Part shown: positions 1 through 13,395 of the stretch, one piece after another
Layout of the letters: each line of letters begins with the position of its first letter
How positions within the stretch are numbered: the first letter of the stretch is position 1
Assembly: GCF_006345805.1 (NCBI RefSeq)
Contig: NC_043011.1
Location: 20,038,464-20,102,463 of the forward strand
Origin: Octopus sinensis
Lineage: Eukaryota
Direction of reading: 5' to 3'
Length of the DNA: 64,000 bases
Notes under the pieces: model-generated
The model's database searches: none
Told to the model about the DNA's origin: nothing
The model's input: the letters and a program-made list of their open reading frames with translations, nothing else
Program-made: the position numbers and the translations under genes

Positions 1-250
1 TGTGTTAACGTCACGGAGGTCATGTTTTTATTTCGTCAAGAAATGACGAACAAAAGTTCTGTTTACTCGTTTTCATTACTAAATAGAGGTCCAAATGTCA
101 CAAAAAATTGTACTGCACTGCCGAAGGTAATTATGAAAATAAATATGCAGCAAAAAGATAAAATATACTATTTCTGAGATACTTTGGGTACAGAGAAACA
201 TCCCTAGAACTTTAGTATTATCAAGATATATAAATGAATAATATGGGTTG

Positions 251-314
<64 letters not shown>

Positions 315-345
315 TCATACTATACTCTACAAACATTACACTACA

Positions 346-405
346 GGAGTATTGATGATGCTGCATACAGGGAGGTTTGCTGCAACAGAAAAGGCCTCAT
401 GATCC
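346..405 (+). ncRNA. Degenerate type I hammerhead ribozyme motif
   Basis: ggagta-TTGATGA-tgctgca...tgcaaca-GAAA-aggcct-CA-tgatcc. Stems I and II are recognisable and stem III is palindromic (AGGCCT). C3 and U16.1 are mutated. Confidence 0.55.
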
Positions 406-479
406 ATCTATTGACACACAAATGATGGGATGCAATTCATGAAAGGAGAGTGTACTTAGTTCTAGTAAATATTAGAAAC

Positions 480-1300
480 CATTTTACCCAAACTCTAATA
501 TTTTCTCGGCAGACTACTTTATGCAAATAGCTGCACGTGTCTGTATTATTTTTCATATACTGTTTAAATACGCATAGGATTTCCGTCACAGGTTTACCTA
601 CTGGTAGCTTCAGGCAACATCATTCGTTTTTATATTTGTTTGTCGCGAATTTTGACTGTTCGGACCTTTCTTTCTTCTAGATATAATGGATCTTAGTTTA
701 AGGTCATTTGGCTGTAGTAGTTTTACGTATTCATCACCTTGTTCCTTTATAGCATTTTTCATTTCCTTTGACTTGTGTATTCTAGCTAAGCCGTAGACGT
801 TGCTGTATTTCGACTAAAAATTGGTAACATAGACTCTTTCATTAAGAGTGAAGGAGTTATAATGTTTTGAGACGATATATTTGAGTTTCTTCATGATGCG
901 GTGGTCAATATTTGAGGGTATTTCACGGTAGTATGTGGAATTCTTCAAATGATCTTCAGTTAGGTCCCGGTAATATTTGGCATCCATTATAACAATCGCA
1001 CTCCCTTTCTTCGCTTTTTTGGTGATAACTATGTTGCCATTTTTAAGATCTTTCTAGTTTTGAAATGTTTGGTCTGATACTGATGTTATGTCGCAGTGGA
1101 AATCTGAAGAGAATATCAATGAATTGACCCAGATATGTATTTCGTCCTTTTGATGGATTAAATTTTGATTTATTTTTCACCAAGGATTTGTCATTCTCAT
1201 TATTTTCATCCACAAGTCGAGTTACCCACGAAAGTTTTGGATATTTTCCTCTAAATCTTGATGATTGACTGAAGGTGTAGATGTGAATTTTAGACATTTC
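480..1300 (-). mobile_element. Penelope-like element RT N-terminal remnant (pseudogenised)
   Basis: Minus-strand fragments resemble PLE motifs: NIVIT(K)KAKKGSAIVIMDAKYY (ADKG motif), SNVYGLARIHKSK (FYGLPKIHK) and KLRSII (RPII). Many stops and frameshifts. Confidence 0.6.
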
Positions 1301-1508
1301 ATCGGTCTATCCTATGAGTTGTTTCACAGTTGTTTCTTCTTGGACTTTTTTTTTAACGCTAACGAGTCAACAGAACAAATCCGGAACAGTAATGTTCGGT
1401 AAATTCCACTGAGCGAACATATAGAAAAATGTGGTAAGAAAATGCTTCTAATTTTTCCTTTCCAGAAACTACGTGACACAAGTATATGCAATTGCAGCGT
1501 GGAATTTT

Positions 1509-1551
<43 letters not shown>

Positions 1552-1645
1552 GAAATTCAGGGTGAGTACTTGATAATTGTACATATATATATATATACAT
1601 ATATATATACATATACACACATATATATATATACATACATACATA

Positions 1646-1681
<36 letters not shown>

Positions 1682-2899
1682 CATATACATATACACATAT
1701 ATATATGTCGGGGGTGTATGTATATATGTATATATATATACATATACAGATATAGATAAACATGCATTTTCAAACAAATGTGCATAGAAAATGTGTAAGT
1801 ATAAATGGATACATACATGCTTACATACATACATGTACACATACACACGTGCCTATACTCGTACACACACAAACATACGTATTTATATAAAAGTATGTGT
1901 TTGTAAGTCTTCGTGTATACATATATGTATCAATAGATATTTAGTGTATATATATATATACATAACATATATTAACACATACAGGATAACAGGCGTACAT
2001 ATATACATACATACATATCACAAAGGCATATTTCATGGGGAGAGGCCTCTCTGTGATATTGTTCCTTGTTTCTTTAGATCTATGTATTTGCGTGTGTGTG
2101 TGTTTAGATAGATAGATAATAGGTACTCATAGACATATACGTGCGTGTATGTTCGCGCGCGTGTGTTCGCGTGAATGTATATGTGCTCGTGTTTGTGTGT
2201 GTGTGTGTTTGCGTATGCTCGTGCGAATGTTCATGTGTTCCTATGTGTGTGTTTGTGTCGATACAATTGATATAAGTACTTGGTGATATTTGTTTCCAAA
2301 TAGGTTGGATGTAAGATTAAAATATCAATTTCTGATATGAACATAAATTTTCACAACTAAATGAATATGCACCCCTGACACTTCGGTAAAATGATTATAT
2401 TAGAGGAGTGATGTATTAGATACATCCTCATTTAAGCCTTCAGTCTATGTGTTGTATGAATAATGTATGTATCTACACACATACATGTATACATATACAC
2501 GTATGTATGTCTACAGATGTATTCATTGCTCACTTATATATATATACAAGTATATATAGACATATATATATATATATACATAAATATGTATGTATGTATA
2601 TATACTCATGTGTATGCATATGCCATGTTGCCTGCATCATAAGAATTTACAAACTTCGAGAGAACGTACAGGAATTCTATTGTTAAAAATGGCGTGTGTG
2701 TGTGTGTTTATGATTGTGTGTACATAAACACGCATTGAGTCGAACCAGGGGCAGCTGATGAAGGGGAATTTTCCTTGTATTGTTTGTCCTGAACTCTGTT
2801 TTTTCGTTGTTAAAAAAAGTCCGTTTCCTTGTTTGATTTTATGTTTTCGTTTCTCGTTGTGTTCTACGTTTATTTGTGGTGCCCTGTACTCATATATAT

Positions 2900-2995
<96 letters not shown>

Positions 2996-3119
2996 TGTAT
3001 ATATACATATAGATGTAAGTATGTACATATATGTATGTATGTATGTATGCATATATTTTATTTATTTATTATATTGTATATATATATATATAATATATAT
3101 ATATATAAAGAGAGAGAGA

Positions 3120-3159
3120 CAGAGACAGACAGACATACAGACAGGCAGACAGATAGACG

Positions 3160-3242
<83 letters not shown>

Positions 3243-3270
3243 GAATAGATAGATAAATAGATAGATAGAT
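3120..3270. repeat. (GACA)n/(GATA)n microsatellite next to (TA)n
   Basis: Directly visible. Similar GATA tracts at ~13178-13245, 40435-40580, 45085-45140 and 58580-58645. Confidence 0.95.
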
Positions 3271-3287
3271 ATATAACACACACACTA

Positions 3288-3319
<32 letters not shown>

Positions 3320-3937
3320 CCGTGTTTGTGTACTTGTATACGTGTATGAAATATGGTCGTCAGTAGACCAACAATTATCCTTCATATATTGTAGCTAATT
3401 ATGAGTAAACCGGAGCACGTCTCCTTTAACTCTTATCTGTAGATATATGCACTCCGATTAATGAAAGATCTTTTATCAATGGCTAACACATTAGGCTGTC
3501 TGTCTTTGAAGCAAGTGAAGTCATCTCAAGATACTTCATTCCAATTACGTTTACTCAGAAAAGTATTAAAGAAATCTGTGATTCGTATAATCATTGTAGA
3601 TAATTAATGATTGATGTCATAGACGCAATTTCCAATTCCCCTGGGATTAATACAAATTGAATAGGTGCTGGACTAAAGAATACATAAATGACCAAAGTAT
3701 TTCTCTACCAGAAAACTTGGCGATTGGTGAAACTGGAACATGATCAAATATTATAATCGATTGAGAAAGCAACTGAAATCACAAATGAATGAAAATGAAA
3801 TGTGCCTTCGCTTGGTTTCGAACACGGGTACCAAAATAGTTATAATCGGAAGCATCAATGCATTCATTCTGGGGAATAGATATGGATATTTCGCCTGCCT
3901 TTTTCTATATAATAATCATTTCTAACATAGGTGCAAA

Positions 3938-4285
3938 ATTACTAATTTGGGCGAGTAATTTATTTAAATCTATCTCTGCCGTCGCTTCAAGGAAGAATGA
4001 CCAAGTTGACATTATCTATATATATATGTGTATGTGTGTGTGTGGGTGGGTGTATGTATGTATGTATGTATGATGAATGTATATATGCATGTATGCACAT
4101 ATATATATATATATATATATATATGTGCATACATGCATATATACATTCATCATACATACATACATACACCCACCCACACACACACATACACATATATATA
4201 TATATATAGATAATGTCAACTTGGTCATTCTTCCTTGAAGCGACGGCAGAGATAGATTTAAATAAATTACTCGCCCAAATTAGTA

Positions 4286-4287
<2 letters not shown>
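3938..4287. repeat. ~350-bp near-perfect palindrome centred on a (TA)n tract
   Basis: attactaatttgggcgagtaattt... at 3938 is reverse-complemented at ...aaattactcgcccaaattagtaat 4287. The arms differ only in microsatellite unit counts. Confidence 0.95.
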
Positions 4288-4316
<29 letters not shown>

Positions 4317-4489
4317 TATATATATATATATATATATATAGGTATATATATATACGATTCCAATCTCACACGTGTTTCTGCTGGATAAGTATCCTATGAC
4401 CTTTAATATAACATTTATATGCACTTAGCTGATTCAATTGCAGTATACAATCATCCAAGGTAGACATTGTTATGCAGCTTTGTTCAAAG

Positions 4490-5080
4490 TTTTACTTATG
4501 CGTGTGGGTGAAGTGTATTGTCGCATCACTACAACAGCTACTGTAGGTTTTACGCTCATAGATTAATTTCCTCATCATATCAGTCACATACACTAAAAAC
4601 ATTATCGGTTCAATTACACAACTTTGTTTAATATCACCTTCAATACCAAATACGAGGAGAGAAGTTCTATGCAGTAGCAAGAATCTCTTCCGTGAAATAT
4701 GAAAGATTTCATCCAGATGATAAAATACAAGAGTATCGTTATCTGTAAATATAATCGGTTGAGCCGATTCAGCTTTATTCGGTAGAGAATCCTTCCAATT
4801 CATGGTCATACAGAGAAGTTTGTGCAGTTAGTCCAAACCCCATTCGCAGGGTTTGTCAAATTATCTAAATTTTCGAAATGCATTGCAGAAAGACTTTCAT
4901 ATACATATTCGTAGATGAGCTTTCATGCATCACACTTCCAAAATGTATGACTTCGCGGGAACAGAATCAGGATGTTCTTCCGTACACCTCATTTATATCA
5001 GTGTCGTGTTCCTTGTTGGTTAGCGACGCTGGAATACAAACCTATTTGGAAATCATGGTAAGACCAGTATTTTGCTGAAT
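4490..5080 (-). mobile_element. Ancient non-LTR (RTE-like) RT remnant
   Basis: ORF 4492..4809 contains FGIEGDIKQSCVIEPIMFLVYVTDMM, resembling the LINE RT [13 protein letters not shown] motif. Heavily decayed. Confidence 0.45.
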
Positions 5081-5103
5081 TACGATATTTAGACAGAACA
5101 CGT

Positions 5104-5197
<94 letters not shown>

Positions 5198-7595
5198 ATA
5201 TATATATATATTTCCATGATGAGGTTTTTACCCATAAGCATGAATTTTATAAATTAATTATTGGGGCTGAACGGAAACAATTGTAGGATTAGTATATTTA
5301 TATTTGTATGATATCATATTATAACATAATATCATTTTTGCATAGATATACGTATATGCATATATATATAAATTTATATACATTTATATATTTATGTATA
5401 TGTATGTATTTATATATATATATGTATATTTGTGTGTGTATAAATGTATGCGTATTAGTGTATATATACATAGAAAGGATAGAGAGATACAGAGAAAGAG
5501 AAAGAGGGAAATATAAATAAAGGTTTAGATATTGATTTTAGTACACACCCCACGGATGCTCTGGTATGTGTCTTCGATGGGATTTCTGGAATCTCTGGTG
5601 ATTTCGGTTCTTTCTGTATCAGACTCATCGCAGTTGACTCAGACGCATCGAGATTGTAGAAAAAACACCATCATGGTCGTTCCTGCAGACTCAATGATGG
5701 CATTTATAGCCCTTCTCCTTTCTATGCCAGTAACTGCAAATCCAGTCTACGCATGTGTGTATTCTTGTGTGTGCAGGGATCTATAACATATACATATATA
5801 GCATTATATCTATCTAATATATATGAATGATCATGGGTACACATTTATATGTGGGGTGAAGTGTGAGGTGTAAGTGTGTTTCTGTGTGTGCGCTCACCTA
5901 TGTCTATGCATATATATATACATACATACATACATATATACATACGTGTATGCATATATACACACATGTATATATAAGTATTCAACAGAATATGATGGAT
6001 ATGTATAGTGATGAACTGAACGTGATTAAGTTTTTAAAAAACGTTAGAGGACATAACGTCAAAGATAGCCTATAGAAAGAAAAATCAGAAACCAAATAAA
6101 CGAGAAGTACAGAGCAATATGTGAGTTAAATAAAACCCCTAAATTCCTGGAAAACGATATATCTAGTGGAAGTGAAATGTAAGAAGAAAATCAAGGTTTA
6201 AATTATATATAATGCCAGATATCACTTATGTGAACTAAAAGTGTGTTTCTGCCAATGTTTACATCGATAAGCACGCTCTATAACCGTGTTTACAAGGAGA
6301 GTTTTAGAAAAAAGAATAAAAAATAGTTCACAGTTACAGAGAAGACAAAGTGCCTTGCCTTTATCATAAGGGAACGAAATAGAGACAATCAGCCAATCTA
6401 AATTAAATTGTTTTTTATGTTTTTTTATAAACAAAATTAATTTACTAAGCCCTGTTACGTTTATTCCTATCCCTAAATGTAGAGTAATGATTAGAAATTT
6501 TTCACTGGTATATAGAGGTTTTAATCTTACAATTACTTGACATAAACTTAATTCTGTTGGAATTGATTTCAGAGACAATATCCTTGTTATTAATATTTCT
6601 ATGAGGATGGATGATATTATCTAAATTAATGTTAGTATTATTAAATGGATTCTTATTTTTAACAGACTATTATTATGTGAGGAGATAATTTGTAAGGATT
6701 TGTTTGTGATGCAAAAACCAATCCTAACCGTGTGTGAGGTGATAATAGGGTAATACCTAGAATTTTTTGAAAATTCCTTATAGCAGCCTCTCGAAACTGG
6801 AAAGGATGATTAGATTTAATTTTTTCCCATAATGAATAATAAACCAAATAGTTTTCCTATTAGTTGCTTTATTTTTAGTGTAAATATCTTTAAATGATAT
6901 CGATTTACCTTTACATGAAAAAAGGGCTTTAAATAAGGGTTATATCCCTTCCTCTGTTTGGTGTTGGCGTATAAATTAAAATTGATATCGTTTATATCCT
7001 TACAACTATATTTAATGTCTCCATTAGTAAAGGTAGAATAAGATTGAATGGAATTAATGTAGGTAACTTTATCTGTATAACCTGCTTTAAGTTAGGCAGA
7101 GTTGTAAAATTCGGCCTTGTCATTTAAAATGTCAACATTAGCAGATACCTTAGACAATCTAAATGAAATATTCTTAACTTAGTGATTGCCCTAGAATGAT
7201 TACTGAATTAGCTACTATACTTAAGATTGGTCGATAGTTTGTTGTATGGGAAGAAAGAATTATTGTGTAAGTTAAGTGTAATATATAAAAAGCTGTCTTT
7301 CGTCACATCATTATTAAAAACGATGCCTAAGCCCATTCTACGGAAAAACATAACTAAAGAAACTGGAAGGACTGGTACTGAAAAAAGATATCGGGAGTTT
7401 TACAAACCCCTCCAATGGAACACCCCTGCTTCGTACCAAAGGACCCAAATACAAAGCTTAGAATGAGGACTAAGTACTTCTGTAATGTTTTTATTTGTTT
7501 GGTCGTAGCTATTTCATTTCATACCAAAAATATAAGAGGTCTCCAAGAAATAGAGATAGATATATTAAAGAATCACCATGTCACTCTGCGGTCTA

Positions 7596-7644
7596 ACATC
7601 CCTGATGAGCCTGTATAACGGTAGGAACTCATATGAGGGCATCC
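7596..7644 (+). ncRNA. Degenerate hammerhead motif
   Basis: CTGATGA-gcct...gtag-GAA-ctcatatgag (palindrome)-ggcatcc. The core is partly deleted and the stems are imperfect. Confidence 0.35.
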
Positions 7645-7774
7645 TCATCTAAGTCCCTCATTCACCCAAAACCAACTACATGGCTGCTGAGAATGGCTGC
7701 TGACATTCTTATGATAATGACTGTACCCCAGTATTGTCGCAGCCTTTGAGCTGAAACATATATATATATATATC

Positions 7775-7929
7775 CTTTTTCCTCCCCTTGTTTTTTCTGT
7801 GTCCCTTTCTGCAGAAGAGCGTAGGCTCGAATCGTAAAATACTTTTTCTATTCCTGAGCGTTATGCTGATATGTGTTTGTTTTGTACACCACCTGTCTTC
7901 GTCTTTTGTTTTCGTAAACTCTCCCAGTA
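7775..7929 (+). mobile_element. PLE terminal (pLTR) fragment with minimal HHR-variant remnant
   Basis: ctttCTGCAGAaGAGCgtagGCTCgaatcgtaaaatac. Homologous to the terminus of the PLE at 42645-42850 and to 33862-34038. Ends in (TA)n. Confidence 0.7.
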
Positions 7930-8240
7930 TATATATATATATATATACATAAATGTGCACATATATATAATATTTATGTGTGTATATGTATATGTATATA
8001 TATATATATATAATTAATCAATATAGGGTGGCAAAAAAAAATTTTGTAGAATTTTTTTGCCACCAGCGGCCTAGTGGGAAAAAAATTAAATAGTCATAGA
8101 CCATTTTTAAGTTCAACATCACAATCAAGGAACGGCCATAATAGGCCATTCACCCACTAGAAATAACAGCCAAAAGCTTTAACCGCAAAATAACATCAAT
8201 TCCGTAAACCAGGAGAAAATTAAAAAACATTTACCCTGTA

Positions 8241-8346
8241 ATTTCTTATACGATGCACCGTTTCGTCTACTGTTTAATGTAAACTAACCTGATTAAATTA
8301 AATCAAGCCAATCTACCATAGGCCCTTAGATTCATCAGTAAGAAAT
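8241..8346 (-). ncRNA. Type I hammerhead ribozyme (copy 1)
   Basis: Reverse complement of the motif at 8919-9025, with one 1-nt deletion in the stem II insert. Confidence 0.8.
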
Positions 8347-8918
8347 AGCCAAGTCGGAACAGATATTTTCACGAGGCATTCCCGTCCTGCCTCGGCAATA
8401 TCTGACCTAAAATTTTCAAATCATCGCGCTCGCGCCAAATTTATCGGCAGCAAATAAATATAAGCCGCCGATTCCATTACGGAACTAACCAGAAGATTCA
8501 TAATTAATCAATATAGGGTGGCAAAAAAAAGAAATTACAGGGTAAATGTTTTTTAATTTTCTCCTGGTTTACGGAATTGATGTTATTTTGCGGTTGAAGC
8601 TTTTGGCTGTTATTTCTAGTGGGTGAATGGCCTATTATGGCCGTTCCTTGATTGTGATGTTGAACTTAAAAATGGTCTATGACTATTTAATTTTTTCCCA
8701 CTAGGCCGCTGGTGGCAAAAAAATTCTACAAAATTTTTTTTGCCACCCTATATTGATTATTATGAATTTTCTGGTTAGTTCCGTAATGGAATCGGCGGCT
8801 TATATTTATTTGCTGCCGATAAATTTGGCGCGAGTGCGATGATTTGAAAATTTTAGGTCAGATATTGCCGAGGCAGGGACGTGAATGCCTCGTGAAAAAT
8901 ATCTGTTCCGACTTGGCT

Positions 8919-9025
8919 ATTTCTTACTGATGAATCTAAGGGCCTATGGTAGATTGGCTTGATTTAATTTAATCAGGTTAGTTTACCATTAAACAGTAGA
9001 CGAAACGGTGCATCGTATAAGAAAT
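8919..9025 (+). ncRNA. Type I hammerhead ribozyme (copy 2), predicted cleavage after GUA at 9017
   Basis: Stem I atttctta/taagaaat (8 bp). Core CTGATGA at 8927-8933. Stem II (a)tcta...taga(c) encloses a ~58-nt multi-hairpin insert. GAAA at 9002-9005. Stem III A-cgg(tgca)tcg-T with a palindromic loop. The 10.1/11.1 position is A.C rather than G-C. Confidence 0.85.
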
Positions 9026-9147
9026 TACAGGGTAAATGTTTTTTAATTTTCTCCTGGTTTACGGAATTGATGTTATTTTGCGGTTAAAGCTTTTGGCTGT
9101 TATTTCTAGTGGGTGAATGGCCTATTATGGCCGTTCCTGATTGTGAT

Positions 9148-9193
<46 letters not shown>

Positions 9194-9439
9194 TATATAT
9201 ATATATATATAATTAATCAATATAGGGTGGCAAAAAAAAATTTTGTAGAATTTTTTTGCCACCAGCGGCCTAGTGGGAAAAAAATTAAATAGTCATAGAC
9301 CATTTTTAAGTTCAACATCACAATCAAGGAACGGCCATAATAGGCCATTCACCCACTAGAAATAACAGCCAAAAGCTTTAACCGCAAAATAACATCAATT
9401 CCGTAAACCAGGAGAAAATTAAAAAACATTTACCCTGTA

Positions 9440-9546
9440 ATTTCTTATACGATGCACCGTTTCGTCTACTGTTTAATGGTAAACTAACCTGATTAAATTA
9501 AATCAAGCCAATCTACCATAGGCCCTTAGATTCATCAGTAAGAAAT
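9440..9546 (-). ncRNA. Type I hammerhead ribozyme (copy 3)
   Basis: Same motif on the minus strand of the second block. Confidence 0.8.
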
Positions 9547-10121
9547 AGCCAAGTCGGAACAGATATTTTTCACGAGGCATTCCCGTCCCTGCCTCGGCAA
9601 TATCTGACCTAAAATTTTCAAATCATCGCGCTCGCGCCAAATTTATCGGCAGCAAATAAATATAAGCCGCCGATTCCATTACGGAACTAACCAGAAGATT
9701 CATAATTAATCAATATAGGGTGGCAAAAAAAAGAAATTACAGGGTAAATGTTTTTTAATTTTCTCCTGGTTTACGGAATTGATGTTATTTTGCGGTTGAA
9801 GCTTTTGGCTGTTATTTCTAGTGGGTGAATGGCCTATTATGGCCGTTCCTTGATTGTGATGTTGAACTTAAAAATGGTCTATGACTATTTAATTTTTTCC
9901 CACTAGGCCGCTGGTGGCAAAAAAATTCTACAAAATTTTTTTTGCCACCCTATATTGATTAATTATGAATTTTCTGGTTAGTTCCGTAATGGAATCGGCG
10001 GCTTATATTTATTTGCTGCCGATAAATTTGGCGCGAGTGCGATGATTTGAAAATTTTAGGTCAGATATTGCCGAGGCAGGGACGGGAATGCCTCGTGAAA
10101 AATATCTGTTCCGACTTGGCT

Positions 10122-10228
10122 ATTTCTTACTGATGAATCTAAGGGCCTATGGTAGATTGGCTTGATTTAATTTAATCAGGTTAGTTTACCATTAAACAGT
10201 AGACGAAACGGTGCATCGTATAAGAAAT
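10122..10228 (+). ncRNA. Type I hammerhead ribozyme (copy 4), predicted cleavage after 10220
   Basis: Same motif as 8919-9025. Confidence 0.85.
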
Positions 10229-10344
10229 TACAGGGTAAATGTTTTTTAATTTTCTCCTGGTTTACGGAATTGATGTTATTTTGCGGTTAAGCTTTTGGCT
10301 GTTATTTCTAGTGGGTGAATGGCCTATATGGCCGTTCCTTGATT

Positions 10345-10453
<109 letters not shown>

Positions 10454-10484
10454 AATGTGCACATATATATAATATTTATGTGTG

Positions 10485-10521
<37 letters not shown>

Positions 10522-13178
10522 GCGTTTATAGGCGTGTATGTGTAGTCAGATAGGTAGTATGTATGTATGTAGGTAGGTAGGTAGAAACATAGAATTACTC
10601 TGAAACTGAGATTCAGTTAAATTTATGTCTGTTTGAAGAAAGAGCTCCGATCACAGCACACTGAGACAGCTATAACCATTTATTATAATATTATGATCGC
10701 AGGGCAAGTCGCTGCATTTTAATATGATTTAATAGTCAACAAGCAATTTGTTATGCTGCCATAAATATTTTCTGAAAATGCCTAGACCTATATGCAAAAT
10801 AAATTTATTCTAAAGCATTTGAATAGATAAAAGATCTTAAGAAACCGAAGTTTTCAAGATTTATTAAATACGCTGATTGATTATATAAGAATATGCATGT
10901 GCCTGCAGTACTCGAAACGTTCTTAGAATACAAAATATTTGAATATTGTTCAGATATATATGTTCTTCAATACATACCTACACGTGCATTTTGCTTTCTC
11001 AAGTAATTTTCAAAGAATTCCAGGTTTCCATGGTGTCTAGGTCGTAGGGCACCTAACACAATATTTCGTCTTCTTAACAGAATGACGTTTGAGCGAATTA
11101 TCTTCGTGTCGTTGCTTTTTATTTGATTTTCTGTGTTGTTTGCCTGTTTTTATTTTTATTTGTTTGTTTTCCTGAGATCTAGACTTGGTGATCGGAAAAG
11201 CTAAAGCCATTCTAAATAAAAGGTTTTAGAAAATTGCATTTTGAATGGTTCCATCTGCAGTTGAATTTTTTCTTCTTTTTTTGTTTTTGCTATTTCCATC
11301 GTTATTGTTTGTATGTTTATCCTACCTCATTGAAATCTTGTTGAACAGGTCTATGCTCAAAAGTTTTGCCACCATGGAGATCACATTTTTTTAAATATGT
11401 ATTCAGGCCTTATGTTACTCAAAGTTTGCCAGTAACTTTATTACCGTGTTGGTGCTACATCGGATTTTAGTTACTGTTTCTAACAGGTCGAGGAATCACA
11501 GAGATTCTTATTTGTTGTTTTGATTTCAACCAGATGTCAGATACCTTACTTGGTACCTGTCATTATTAACTGCGTGTAGCTATAGTTAATTATACAGGTA
11601 TCTGTCAGAACATCAGCACCAATAATCCTACCTAAAGCTAGACGAGGGCGGACGCTCTTCGCTGTCGAGTGATCTGTTAAAATATAGCCGCTAATATTCC
11701 CTCACATCACATCAAACCTCATCACATTTCATAAAGAAACACAAAGTTGACAATGGATTACCACATGTAGATCATAATCATGGGTAGAATGTTTTTGATC
11801 ACGGTTTGTTAGATCATGTCTGATCTGGAGGCCAAACAATAACAACAACACTTATAAGCAGACACAGCCAAACAGCTAATTGCTAAACTAAGATGCATAT
11901 ATGCGTGTATGAATGTATGTGTGTGAGCGTTTGTGTTGTGTGTGCACGAGAGAGTGGTAAGTGTTCAACAGTTGAAGGCAAACGTGTTTTATACAAGGAA
12001 CAAAACAATCAATCTTTAGCTGCAGTCACTGCTCTTCGCGCATTGCCAGCCACTTCATTTCAGTTAGCAACTGTTATAATTTATTTTTCATTGGGTTCTA
12101 TATTTAGGAACAGTGTGTTTTGATTTATTAACATGCAATATTGATATAAACTAGACTTGGTGGATCATGCACGCCAACGTAGATAGATTATGAGCAACGA
12201 CCCGGGAGACCAGACGCTGGAATCATGTTGCAGCGACTGTGGGGTGTCTTCGACAAATTACTTGAATCCGAAAGAAGAAGTCTTCAAATACATTCTCTAT
12301 AACAATGTAGCATATATTGCATCATTACTTGCGGATATTTGCAAAAAAATCTAGTAGGTGGCTTCGGTATTCAGTATTTGAAGTATTCTATAAAAAGTGT
12401 TTTACGTGTGTATATATCGATTAATATTGTGATGTATCAAACAATTAAATCGATTGTATTATTCGGTCATTCAACAAGACAATAGGTTGAAACTACATCA
12501 ACAAACCGCCAGTTATATGATAATCCTGCAGTTATTTGATAATTCTGCTGATAGTTCGCTTTAAAGACACAATGTACCTCGGCTCAACGAAATTGACTCT
12601 ACCTATTAAAGCAATGGCGTCAAGGAAACGGCAGATCTCCAATGGGATTGTTTGATTTGCTAGAAATTGAGTTCAAATCTCCCTCGACACTATCTTCAAA
12701 AAGAAGTACACATACTCAGTGATCGGTTAGTGAGTGATAGTCAGTGGTCAGTTTGGAACTATTTTGATAATAGCTTTACTCAGTCAAACCTAACCTGGTT
12801 TCTAATCAACAATGAAGTCTAAGAGAAAAACAGCAAAAAACCCACCAAACTACACCTTACTTTCTTTAAAAAATGAAAGACACATTGGATAATGTGGTCC
12901 TCAGTGTACTGTCGAAAATACGACGGGACAATGATAGCCGTAATGCTTACATCGTTCATCTTCTTGATCAGATCTGACTTAAAAAACACCTACAACAGAC
13001 ATCGACTTCATGATTAACTTTTAAATGCACCTTCATAGCCAACAATCGCATGAATACATTAGGTAACAAATCTGATTGATGCTTTTTGTCTGGCTTTGGT
13101 GTTAATGTTCATACTCCACATTAATATTTTAAACGAAACTCTAAAATAATACCTATTTCTCTGTTTTCATTTTAGATT

Positions 13179-13246
<68 letters not shown>

Positions 13247-13332
13247 TAGATATAGATATACAGATATACATCTATAATAATTTACATATATATATATATG
13301 TATACATATATACATACATATATATATATATA

Positions 13333-13395
<63 letters not shown>

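Noticed and set aside
2750-2890. CTGATGA at 2755 as a hammerhead core
   Set aside because: No GAAA, stem III or stem I partner follows. At most a pLTR remnant.
5530-5790. Possible solo LTR or exon (minus TGTTATAG start, TATAAA; 84-aa plus ORF)
   Set aside because: No matching 3' terminus, TSD, splice context or recognisable protein.
6200-7590. AT-rich ORF fragments upstream of the 7596 HHR remnant
   Set aside because: Probably a decayed retroelement, but I could not identify a diagnostic motif.
12190-12354. 54-aa ORF MSNDPGDQTLESCCSDCG...
   Set aside because: Short, with no recognisable domain or supporting splice structure.
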